From contig JBCBUI010000016.1 of the NCBI GenBank assembly GCA_039818185.1, positions 2,158 to 66,157 of the forward strand: 64,000 nt of DNA, in the 5' to 3' direction. Origin of the DNA: Pseudomonadota bacterium. GTDB lineage: Bacteria; Pseudomonadota; Alphaproteobacteria; Caulobacterales; Hyphomonadaceae. Below the pieces are notes generated by a model that searched no databases, had not been told where the DNA came from, and saw only the letters and a list, made by a program, of their open reading frames with translations. The position numbers and the translations under genes were made by a program. Positions 1-8,182 of this stretch are shown here, piece after piece (within the stretch, counting starts at the first letter, position 1; the number at the start of each line of letters is the position of its first letter).

Positions 1-364
1 CGGTCTTTCGATCAAGTCATTGGCTTGGTCGCTGCAGCCACAACCAATTCCGATAAGAGTCCAAATAAGCCACAATCTTCCTCCCCGAAGTTAGAAAACA
101 GCGAAAGGCAAAACAATGAAGAAGTCACGTCCCTCCCAGACCCCAAGTTATGCGTTTCAAATCGGACGAGATGCCGTTTTGAACATGGCGCTAGAGTATC
201 AAACGAATGAAGTCTCTCAAGCGACCGGCACAATCATGCGACCCAACGGAGATGTCACCATACCTGCGTTGCGGCTGTTGCAGAAACGACTGCGGCGCGA
301 GCGTCGCCACGCCTAACGAGACAGAGCTCGCACGTCTGACCAGATCAAAGGAAAGTAGAGACAG

Positions 365-967
365 ATGAACTCCGAACAATTGAACCTGCAATGTCCGATT
401 CGGATCGCTTCTTTGGCAGATCGCACATGCCTCGTTTTGGATGACGATACCGTCTTTCGCGAACGCTTGGCGAAGGCGCTGACAGAGGTCGGGTTCGTCG
501 TCTCTGCGGCGGGGTCGGTTCACGATGGACTGACGATTGCAAGCCACAACCCGCCAGCCTTCGCAGTCGTGGATTTGAGACTAGACGATGGGTTCGGTCT
601 AGAGGTGATCGAAGCTCTAAAACAGCACCGGCCTGACGCACATACGGTTGTGCTGACTGGATATGGCGCTTTGCCGAATGCGGTCGCGGCGATCAAGTCT
701 GGCGCCCAGAATGTCTTGTCGAAACCGGCTGATATTGAAGACATTGTGAACTCTCTCCTGGCCGACCCCGAAGCGCAACCCGAGCCGCCAGAGTCGCCGA
801 CTGAACCGAACCAGGTTCGCTGGGAATACATCAAATCTGTCTTCGACAAGAATGACCGGAATGTTTCGCAGACCGCGCGATTGTTGAACATGCACCGTCG
901 CACCTTGCAGCGTATCCTGCAGAGTCATCAATGCGCAGACATATCGGACCAGCACGATCTCGCCTGA
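365..967 (+). CDS. regA: RegA/ActR/PrrA-family two-component response regulator
   Basis: 200-aa ORF with receiver-domain pattern (LVLDDD, VVDLRLDDG, SKP). The C-terminal HTH NVSQTARLLNMHRRTLQRIL is the near-invariant helix I recognise from RegA/ActR/PrrA. No partner kinase is visible upstream in the window. Confidence 0.85.
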   Translation: MNSEQLNLQCPIRIASLADRTCLVLDDDTVFRERLAKALTEVGFVVSAAGSVHDGLTIASHNPPAFAVVDLRLDDGFGLEVIEALKQHRPDAHTVVLTGYGALPNAVAAIKSGAQNVLSKPADIEDIVNSLLADPEAQPEPPESPTEPNQVRWEYIKSVFDKNDRNVSQTARLLNMHRRTLQRILQSHQCADISDQHDLA

Positions 968-1041
968 GTTGTGTGTGATAATGGCGACAAGGCGTCGCGT
1001 GATCCGCGCCTGGTCGTGAGTGATCCGGCGCCTAGATCCTG

Positions 1042-2589
1042 GTGATGAAACCTGTTCAGCAGATTCAAATCGTCTGGTTCAAACGCGACCTTCGGATAGA
1101 AGACCATGCCGCCTTAAGCGCCGCCGCCAAGCGCGGGCCGGTACTGCCCCTCTTCTTTGCGGAGCCGTCGCTCTGGCAAGGTCCCGACCAATCGGCGCGG
1201 CAATGGTCGTTCGTCGCTGAATGCTTGATGGACCTTCGCCGCGACCTTGGCGCGCTCGGTCAACCGCTCGTGATCAGAACTGGTGATGCAATAGAGGTGC
1301 TCGAACGCGCCCGGTGCCATTTTCAAAACGTCCAGCTCTGGTCGCATGAGGAGACTGGAAATGGTTGGACCTACGCGCGAGATCTTCGGGTCGCGGATTG
1401 GTGTCGACAGAACGGGGTCGAGTGGCATGAATTGCGCCAGAATGGCGTGATCCGACGTCTTAAGACCCGAAATGGCTGGGCGAAACGTTGGGATGCTTTC
1501 ATGGCAGAGCCTGCGCATGATACACCGCGCGCGCTGGCCTCCATAGATGGAATTGAGCCGGGTGAGATCCCGACAGCAGAAGAGCTAGGTTTGGGAACCG
1601 ATCCATGCCCGGGTCGCCAGACCGGCGGGCGCCAAGCCGGTCTGGAGTATCTTTACTCTTTCCTACACGTCCGCGGGGCCCCTTACCGGCGCGCAATGTC
1701 AGGACCCGTCACTGGCGCCAAACATTGCTCGCGTTTATCGCCTTATCTCGCCTGGGGCGCTGTTTCGATGCGTGAAGTCGCTCAGGCCACGTGGAGCCGT
1801 CAACGAGCCTTGAAAGCTGAGGGCACGAAAGGCGGCTGGCGCGGATCGTTGGCATCCTATCAGGGCCGATTGCATTGGCGAGATCACTTCACTCAGAAGC
1901 TTGAAGACGAGCCGAACATCGAGACTCAGAATTTGCACCGCGCCTATGATGGCTTGCGTCCCACAATGCCAGATCAAACTTCTTTTGAGGCTTGGGCAGC
2001 AGGTGAGACCGGCCTGCCATTCGTTGATGCTTGCATGCGCTGTCTCTGCGCGACAGGTTGGATGAATTTCCGGATGCGGGCGATGCTGATGGCCGTAGCG
2101 AGCTATCATCTCTGGCTCGATTGGCGCCGGCCGGGAGAACACTTGGCGCGCCTGTTCACCGATTACGAGCCTGGCATTCATTGGCCGCAAGTACAGATGC
2201 AGTCTGGTACCACAGGCATCAATACGATCCGCATTTATAATCCGGTAAAGCAAGGCCGTGACCAGGATCCAGATGGCGCGTTTGTTCGCCGCTGGGTACC
2301 CGAGCTCGCAGACGTGCCCTCAGATTTCATCCACGAACCCTGGACGTGGGGTGAAGCGAGCCGCGTGCTCGGGAAAACCTATCCGATGCCGATCATTGAT
2401 CATTTGCAAGCGGCGAAAGAGGCGCGGCAAAAGGTTTGGGCTGTCCGAAAGGGACAAACCTTCCGCCAGGATGCAAATTCGATCCAGGACAAGCATGGCA
2501 GTCGCAAAGCCGGGATTCCCAATCGTGGTCAGCGCAAACGCGTTAAGCCGTCGACCGACCAACTCCAACTTCCGCTCGGAGACACTTGA
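1042..2589 (+). CDS. Photolyase/cryptochrome family flavoprotein (full length, N-terminal alpha/beta domain plus FAD-binding domain)
   Basis: 515-aa ORF. N-terminus IVWFKRDLRIEDHAAL matches the photolyase alpha/beta domain start. C-terminal block TGLPFVDACMRCLCATGWMNFRMRAM...IYNPVKQGRDQDPDGAFVRRWVPEL is a divergent form of the TGxPxxDAxMRQLxxTGWMHNRxRM...NP FAD-domain signature. Subclass not assignable by eye. Confidence 0.8.
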   Translation: MMKPVQQIQIVWFKRDLRIEDHAALSAAAKRGPVLPLFFAEPSLWQGPDQSARQWSFVAECLMDLRRDLGALGQPLVIRTGDAIEVLERARCHFQNVQLWSHEETGNGWTYARDLRVADWCRQNGVEWHELRQNGVIRRLKTRNGWAKRWDAFMAEPAHDTPRALASIDGIEPGEIPTAEELGLGTDPCPGRQTGGRQAGLEYLYSFLHVRGAPYRRAMSGPVTGAKHCSRLSPYLAWGAVSMREVAQATWSRQRALKAEGTKGGWRGSLASYQGRLHWRDHFTQKLEDEPNIETQNLHRAYDGLRPTMPDQTSFEAWAAGETGLPFVDACMRCLCATGWMNFRMRAMLMAVASYHLWLDWRRPGEHLARLFTDYEPGIHWPQVQMQSGTTGINTIRIYNPVKQGRDQDPDGAFVRRWVPELADVPSDFIHEPWTWGEASRVLGKTYPMPIIDHLQAAKEARQKVWAVRKGQTFRQDANSIQDKHGSRKAGIPNRGQRKRVKPSTDQLQLPLGDT

Positions 2590-2591
2590 CC

Positions 2592-3779
2592 ATGCGCCAA
2601 ACCACGCTCGATCTCAAACCTGGGGCACCGCTTTCGGCCTGGACCGCGACGCGCTCCGAGGCGCTTGCGCGATTGACAAGGTTCGGGGCATCGGCTGGCG
2701 GCTCTTATGCCCGCCAGCGGAACTTTGATTTTGGCCCAGGTAAGCACGCGAAAGTCTCGCAATTATCACCTTGGATCCGGCATCGTTTACTGTTGGAGGA
2801 AGACGTACTGCGCGCGGTGTTGCGCGGGCATGATCTTAATCAGGCCGAAAAATTCATTCAGGAAGTCTTTTGGCGCGGCTATTTCAAGGGATGGTTGCAG
2901 CATAGACCAGACGTTTGGCGAAACTATAAGCAGGACTTGGTGCATCAATTTGATCAGCTTGAGCGTGACGCTGACCTGGCCCGTCGATACGATGAAGCAA
3001 TTGAGGGTCGAACAGGATTAGACTGTTTTGACAGCTGGACTCGCGAGCTGATCGAAACCGGGTATTTGCACAATCATGCCCGCATGTGGTTTGCCAGCAT
3101 TTGGATTTACACATTGCGTCTGCCCTGGCAGCTCGGCGCTGACTTTTTCTATCGGCATCTGGTCGATGGAGATCCCGCGTCGAACACGTGCTCCTGGCGC
3201 TGGGTTTGTGGTTTACATACGATGGGTAAGACCTATCTCGCGCGGGCGTCCAATATCGAGAAATTCACTGTAGGGCGGTTCAATCCGGTCGGTGAGCTCG
3301 CGACAATTGCGCCCGCTTTGGACGAGCCTCACAACATTCAAATCATCACGCCTGACGTCGCCACAGCTGATATTGCTGGGCGGCGGGTGGGTCTTGTTCT
3401 GACCGAAGAAGATGGGTGCGTTGAAACTTTGGGTTTGCAGCACCCGGTCAGCATGCTCGCGCTTTCGGGCCCGACTCAGCGATCGATCCGTCCGCTCGGC
3501 GCCATCGCTTCTGCATTTGGGCCAAGTGCTGTGCGGGACACTTCGGCACGCGCTGAGGTGTATTTTGAGGTGCCGGTCATGGACTATTCCGGCTCAGATT
3601 GGGAGGAAGCCGTGCGAGGCTGGGCGGGCGAAAATAGTTTGGATGCGTGTATTACGGCGCGCTTGCCGCAGGGACCCGTGCGAAAACGCCTGACCCAAGC
3701 CTGCCGCAGCGCGGATATCGAATTGCTACAGATCACGCGACCTTATGAACAAGCGGTTTGGCCGGTGCTGTCAGTCTAA
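2592..3779 (+). CDS. Photolyase-homology (FAD-binding helical domain only) protein with uncharacterised C-terminal extension
   Basis: The ORF 2586-3779 opens at TTG 2586; ATG 2592 lies 2 nt after the upstream stop. EKFIQEVFWRGYF, TGYLHNHARMWFASIW and DGDPASNTCSWRWVCG resemble photolyase FAD-domain blocks. No N-terminal alpha/beta domain. The last ~150 aa are unassigned. Confidence 0.65.
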   Translation: MRQTTLDLKPGAPLSAWTATRSEALARLTRFGASAGGSYARQRNFDFGPGKHAKVSQLSPWIRHRLLLEEDVLRAVLRGHDLNQAEKFIQEVFWRGYFKGWLQHRPDVWRNYKQDLVHQFDQLERDADLARRYDEAIEGRTGLDCFDSWTRELIETGYLHNHARMWFASIWIYTLRLPWQLGADFFYRHLVDGDPASNTCSWRWVCGLHTMGKTYLARASNIEKFTVGRFNPVGELATIAPALDEPHNIQIITPDVATADIAGRRVGLVLTEEDGCVETLGLQHPVSMLALSGPTQRSIRPLGAIASAFGPSAVRDTSARAEVYFEVPVMDYSGSDWEEAVRGWAGENSLDACITARLPQGPVRKRLTQACRSADIELLQITRPYEQAVWPVLSV

Positions 3780-4608
3780 TGCGAACCCGTCTCCAGCATC
3801 GGACGGGGTAGGGGCTCTTATCCAGCCAGAAGCTGACGCCATTCGGAGAGGGCGGCGTTTCTCATCGATTTGAATGTGGAGCGGTGGTTGATGTGGCGGT
3901 CTAAGTTGAAGTGATTATGGAACGAGGCGTGGGTCGAAGCGAATTTCTGTAGATTTGACATCCGCCTGAACCTGGACATCGCTCGCTCTCGCCTTCGAAG
4001 GGGCAAATGGCTGTTCTCCGCTCTGTTGTTGAGGTGACGACCGACCTCCTGGCGGTCGACTATTCCAATCTCTTTCATCGCGGCCCCATAGGATCGAAGC
4101 CGATCCGTGATGACCGTTCTCGGCGATCCGTATCGCTTCATGGCTTTCTTCAAAAACGTAAGTGCAGCCTGCTTATCTCGGGTTTTGGTGACATAGCTTT
4201 CGAGGATTTCACCTTCATGGTCGACGGCGCGCCACAGATAGTGTTGCACGCCGTTGATCTTCACGAAGACCTCATCGAGATACCATTGCCATTGAGTGTG
4301 CTGGCGCATGTAAGATGCCCGTTTCGTTCGGATCTTGCTAGCGAAGACCGGACCAAACCGATCGACCCAAGTCCGGACGCTTTCATGGCAGATATCTATC
4401 CCGCGCTCGTGCAGGAGGTCTTCTACATTTCTCAGAGACAGAGGAAATCGAACGTACATCATCACTGCAAGCTGGATAATTTCTGGCGATGTTTTGAAGT
4501 AGCGAAATGGGTTCTTGGTCATAAACCCACGCTAGAGTAGGTCGGTTAAAGCTCACTTTCCACTGACAATTCCCGACAAATTGTTTCTCGATAATTTGCA
4601 ACGAATTC
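3720..4608 (-). mobile_element. IS6-family insertion sequence; right-hand end supported, left-hand end tentative
   Basis: At 4595-4608 the + strand reads TTTGCAACGAATTC. This is the inverted form of the GTTGCAAA core found in IS6-family terminal inverted repeats. The only partial mate I can see on the other side is GAATTGCTACAGA at 3720-3732, a weak match. The resulting ~889 bp size fits the family. Confidence 0.4.
3818..4522 (-). CDS. IS6-family (IS26/IS6100-like) DDE transposase
   Basis: 234-aa ORF, the typical IS6 Tnp length. Motifs WYLDEVFVKINGVQHYLWRAVDHEGEILE, ITDRLRSY and NNRAENSHLPLRRRERAM match the conserved IS6 transposase core as I recall it. Confidence 0.9.
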   Translation of the reverse strand: MTKNPFRYFKTSPEIIQLAVMMYVRFPLSLRNVEDLLHERGIDICHESVRTWVDRFGPVFASKIRTKRASYMRQHTQWQWYLDEVFVKINGVQHYLWRAVDHEGEILESYVTKTRDKQAALTFLKKAMKRYGSPRTVITDRLRSYGAAMKEIGIVDRQEVGRHLNNRAENSHLPLRRRERAMSRFRRMSNLQKFASTHASFHNHFNLDRHINHRSTFKSMRNAALSEWRQLLAG

Positions 4609-4667
4609 TGGATACTAACCCCTTGAGAGATAGGGTGAGTACGGACGAATTTCCTTATATGTCATAA

Positions 4668-5588
4668 ATGTGTCATAATTATTGGATGATGCACGGACCC
4701 TTGTCGCGTACACCTTGTTCAAAGACCGTATTCACCCGGCTAATCGCGGTCTGGTGCGTCGTCGCGCTGCAGCCCGCGCACGCGTCTGAACAGGAAACGC
4801 TCGCCTTGCTTGAAAGTGAGCGCAATTGGCCCATCACGCACATCACTGTTAACGGTCAATCCAGTCGAGCCTTGCTGGACACAGGCGCGACAATCGCGCT
4901 GATCGATGATGATTTGCTGGCTTATGATGGTTCTAAGGATCCGGCCTATGCGACACGCGTCCGGGGGATAGGCGGTGACCGCGTCCTCCCCGTCGTGCAA
5001 CTCGCATCGGTTCGAACCGGGGCGCAGGTCTGGCATGATCTGCGCGTCGCCGTGAACACTGTGGATGCCTATCCGGTCTCCGAAAATATTTTGCCGGTCT
5101 CGCTTTTCTCGACATCGGTGGTCGATTTCGATTTCGCCAATGACACCGTCACACTTTATGACGGCCGCCCGAAACGGGTACCAGGCGCCGAGCGTAACTC
5201 AATTGGTTATTTCGACCATGATGGGCTCATCTTCATTGATGTCAGCATTAATGGTACTCGCGGCCATGCCTTAATCGACACTGGGTCGACCATCACCTTC
5301 ATCAACTCGCAATTCGCTGAACGCGCGAAAGGCGTGCAACGCGTACAGGAACCACAGGAGATTCGCGGCAGCGATTTGAACCGAAACGAAGTACAAGTGT
5401 TCAAGTTCAGAAAGATGCAACTTGGCGAAAAGCGGATCTCAAATTTCAGCATACCGGTGCTCGAGACGGACTTGTTTGCAGCGCTGGGATTTGGCGACGC
5501 GCCGATGATGGTGATCGGAATGGACTTGCTGTCTCACTACCGATTGCAAATAGATCGAAAGCGCAAACAGATTATCTTGGTGCGCTGA
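4668..5588 (+). CDS. Secreted two-lobed retropepsin-like aspartic protease
   Basis: 306-aa ORF with an N-terminal signal-like segment (LIAVWCVVALQPAHA). Two aspartic-protease active-site motifs lie ~135 aa apart (LLDTGATIALID and LIDTGSTITFIN). Confidence 0.7.
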   Translation: MCHNYWMMHGPLSRTPCSKTVFTRLIAVWCVVALQPAHASEQETLALLESERNWPITHITVNGQSSRALLDTGATIALIDDDLLAYDGSKDPAYATRVRGIGGDRVLPVVQLASVRTGAQVWHDLRVAVNTVDAYPVSENILPVSLFSTSVVDFDFANDTVTLYDGRPKRVPGAERNSIGYFDHDGLIFIDVSINGTRGHALIDTGSTITFINSQFAERAKGVQRVQEPQEIRGSDLNRNEVQVFKFRKMQLGEKRISNFSIPVLETDLFAALGFGDAPMMVIGMDLLSHYRLQIDRKRKQIILVR

Positions 5589-5751
5589 TAGAAATCGTCT
5601 CCAGCAGTCGATACAATAAATGCCAACTTCGTCATGGTTTCACATAATAAGTATAAAAGAGAGCTGTCAGTTTTTCGCGACGGATCAGGCTGGGCAATAC
5701 GTTCAATTTCCAGCTGCCGACATCATAGCAGAACAATAGAAAACGCCTCCC

Positions 5752-8118
5752 ATGACCTTTTGCTCGAAGTCTCTCTTTTTCAGCGCTGGCGCGCTCTTCA
5801 TTCCGACCAATGCGATCGCTCAAGAAGATCTTCTCTTACAGGATACGATTGTCATCGAAGGAAATCGATCAAATCCGATGTTGGCCGATATCGAACCGGA
5901 CATAGAGTTGGATTTTGCGGAAATTCGCTCATATGGCGCCGCCAGTCTGGAAGAACTCTTGGCCGATCTGGAGCCGCTTACAGAGTCTTCCGGTGGCGGC
6001 GCGCCGGCGATCTTGCTGAATGGTCGTCGTGTTTCCGGATTTCGGGAAATTCGAAACTATCCGCCCGAAGCCTTGGCGCGGGTCGAAGTTCTGCCCGAAG
6101 CTGCGGCGTTGAAGTTTGGCTTTCGCGCGAACCAGAAAGTTATCAACTTCATTTTACGCAACCGCTTCCACGCAGTGACCACGCGCGCGGATATTGGGGC
6201 GCCGACGGAAGGCGGCCAGTGGCTTGACGATGTTGACTTGTCGACACTGAGAATTCGCGATGATCAGCGTTGGAATGTCGATTTTGAGTATGAGTATCAA
6301 GACGCTCTATTTGAATCGGACAGGGATATTATCGGCGCTGATCCGAACGTCACAGCCGATCGGACATTGCTGCCAGAGCAGCATTCCGTCGACCTCACGG
6401 CAAGCCTCAGTCACTTTTTGCCGGGTGACATCAATGCCACATATGTGGGGGGCATTGATGCGGTCCAACGGAACCGTCAGATCGCGCAATCAGACCTGAA
6501 TGACACGCTGGCCCGCGACACGGATGAGATCGGCGCCGAAGCGCGATTTGTCCTCAACAAAGTCTATACCGATTGGAATTGGACGCTGAATGGTGGCTAC
6601 ACCTACCGAGACTCCGAGACAGCAACGGAGACTGATCCTTTGTCAGGGTTTCAGGAAAGCACAGAATCGACACGACACGATGCCATTCTTGAGGGCGTTC
6701 TGTTCAGCAAGTTGTTAGCCATGCCCGCGGGCGATGTGGTGTCGACGTTCAAGCTGGGCGCGGACGTTTCCGATCTGGAGACGCGATCCGATCAAAACGG
6801 CGTTTCTGAACCGACCAATTTGTCACGTACTCAAACCAATGTTCAAGCAAATATCGACATTCCGATACTCGACGCTCAACCCGACATTCACCCATTTGGG
6901 ACTTTAAACCTGAATGCGAATGGGCGTTTGGATGACGTTTCGGATGTCGGAACCTTGTCTTCTTATGGCGTCGGAATGACGTGGAAACCATTTGACCAGC
7001 TTCAGATACTCGCCTCGACGGCCTATACCGAAACAGCACCGGACCTTACGCTGCTCGGTGCACCGACATCGATTACGGAAACCGCCCGCGTGTTTGATTT
7101 TTCGACTGGAGAAACAGTTGAAAATGTGACGCGGATCTCAGGTGGGACTCCAAACCTCAATTCTGAGGAACGCACTGTCCATCGCCTCAACCTGAACTGG
7201 GAGCCATTTGAAACGCCGGATATCACATTCAATTTGGCCTATACGGACACCCAGGTCCAAGATGCGATCCTCAATTTTCCAGGCCTAACACCCCAGATCG
7301 AAGCGGCGTTTCCGGACCGCGTTCTGCGAGACGGAGATGGAACGCTTGTGCGCCTCGACGCGCGGGCGATCAATATTGATCAGTCGACAACACGACAGGT
7401 TCGATACGGGTTGAACTGGTCGCACAGTTTACCTCGGCCAGAGCGCCCGGATTTGTCTGATGAGGAGCGGCGGCAATTGCGCGAGATTGTCTTAAGGCGA
7501 CTGGACGAGGAAGATCGGGCGCGCGTGCAACAACGAATTGCAGAACGCGAATCGCGCCAAGCGGCCGGGCAGGGGCGCGGCGCGCGAGCCGGACAAGGCC
7601 GAGGTCGCGGACCACGCGGTGGGCGCGGCGGTCGAGGGTATGGGCGTGTCTTCGCGTCTCTGTATCATACGATCGTCTTAGAGGATTCTCTGCAAATCAC
7701 GCCTGGAAGCGCAGAATTGGATTTGCTGGATGGCGATGCGATTAGTGATCAAGGCGGGTCGGCTGAGCATCGACTCACCGCGCAAGTTGGGTATTCAAAA
7801 GGCGCGATAGGGGGCTTTATGCGGGGCAATTGGCGCAGCGAAACCCTGTTTGATGATGGCGCGAACGGGCAACTCAAATTCGATGATCTCGCGACGTTTG
7901 ACCTGCGGCTGCAATACAATTTCGGGAACAATCCGAGGCTGCTGCTAAAGTACCCGATGTTGGACAGCACCCGCCTTGCCCTCTCGATCGATAATGTTTT
8001 CGATGAAAAACAACGCGTCACGGACGCGAATGGCCTGGTACCGATTACCTACCAAGCCGATCTTTTGGATCCGCAAGGGCGTGTTGTGATGTTGCGGTTT
8101 CGCAAGTTGTTTTACTAA
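5752..8118 (+). CDS. TonB-dependent outer-membrane receptor with an Arg/Gly-rich insertion
   Basis: 788-aa ORF with a signal peptide ending AIAQE and a plug-like N-terminus (DTIVIEGNR, ILLNGRRVSG, VEVLPEAAALKFG). C-terminal beta-barrel ending in aromatic ...LRFRKLFY. The insert at 7432-7647 is listed separately. Confidence 0.85.
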   Translation: MTFCSKSLFFSAGALFIPTNAIAQEDLLLQDTIVIEGNRSNPMLADIEPDIELDFAEIRSYGAASLEELLADLEPLTESSGGGAPAILLNGRRVSGFREIRNYPPEALARVEVLPEAAALKFGFRANQKVINFILRNRFHAVTTRADIGAPTEGGQWLDDVDLSTLRIRDDQRWNVDFEYEYQDALFESDRDIIGADPNVTADRTLLPEQHSVDLTASLSHFLPGDINATYVGGIDAVQRNRQIAQSDLNDTLARDTDEIGAEARFVLNKVYTDWNWTLNGGYTYRDSETATETDPLSGFQESTESTRHDAILEGVLFSKLLAMPAGDVVSTFKLGADVSDLETRSDQNGVSEPTNLSRTQTNVQANIDIPILDAQPDIHPFGTLNLNANGRLDDVSDVGTLSSYGVGMTWKPFDQLQILASTAYTETAPDLTLLGAPTSITETARVFDFSTGETVENVTRISGGTPNLNSEERTVHRLNLNWEPFETPDITFNLAYTDTQVQDAILNFPGLTPQIEAAFPDRVLRDGDGTLVRLDARAINIDQSTTRQVRYGLNWSHSLPRPERPDLSDEERRQLREIVLRRLDEEDRARVQQRIAERESRQAAGQGRGARAGQGRGRGPRGGRGGRGYGRVFASLYHTIVLEDSLQITPGSAELDLLDGDAISDQGGSAEHRLTAQVGYSKGAIGGFMRGNWRSETLFDDGANGQLKFDDLATFDLRLQYNFGNNPRLLLKYPMLDSTRLALSIDNVFDEKQRVTDANGLVPITYQADLLDPQGRVVMLRFRKLFY

Positions 8119-8132
8119 TCCGATCGACAAAA

Positions 8133-8160
8133 AAGCGCCCGACCGGTCGGCCGGGCGCTT
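8133..8160. terminator. GC-rich stem-loop between convergent receptor genes
   Basis: AAGCGCCCG (8133-8141) pairs with CGGGCGCTT (8152-8160). An A-run on the + strand just before the stem gives a T-run after it for the minus-strand transcript. The T-tract for the + strand is weaker. Confidence 0.5.
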
Positions 8161-8182
8161 CGATATTTGTGTGTGTTGAGCC

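Noticed and set aside
12-547. Several 60-120-aa ORFs on both strands at the window start, which might have been the 3' end of a regB-like kinase gene
   Set aside because: No frame stays open to the window edge, and none has kinase-like sequence. The frame of ORF 116-316 hits a stop near nt 92. ORF 191-547 overlaps regA in antisense. I leave 1-364 unannotated.
4007-4540. 177-aa plus-strand ORF inside the IS6 element
   Set aside because: It is antisense to the transposase gene, which has full-length family similarity. IS6 elements encode a single ORF.
5634-6227. 197-aa ORF overlapping the start of the first TonB-dependent receptor in another frame
   Set aside because: Its Arg/Ser-rich composition is typical of an off-frame translation. 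The receptor frame has a signal peptide and plug motifs.
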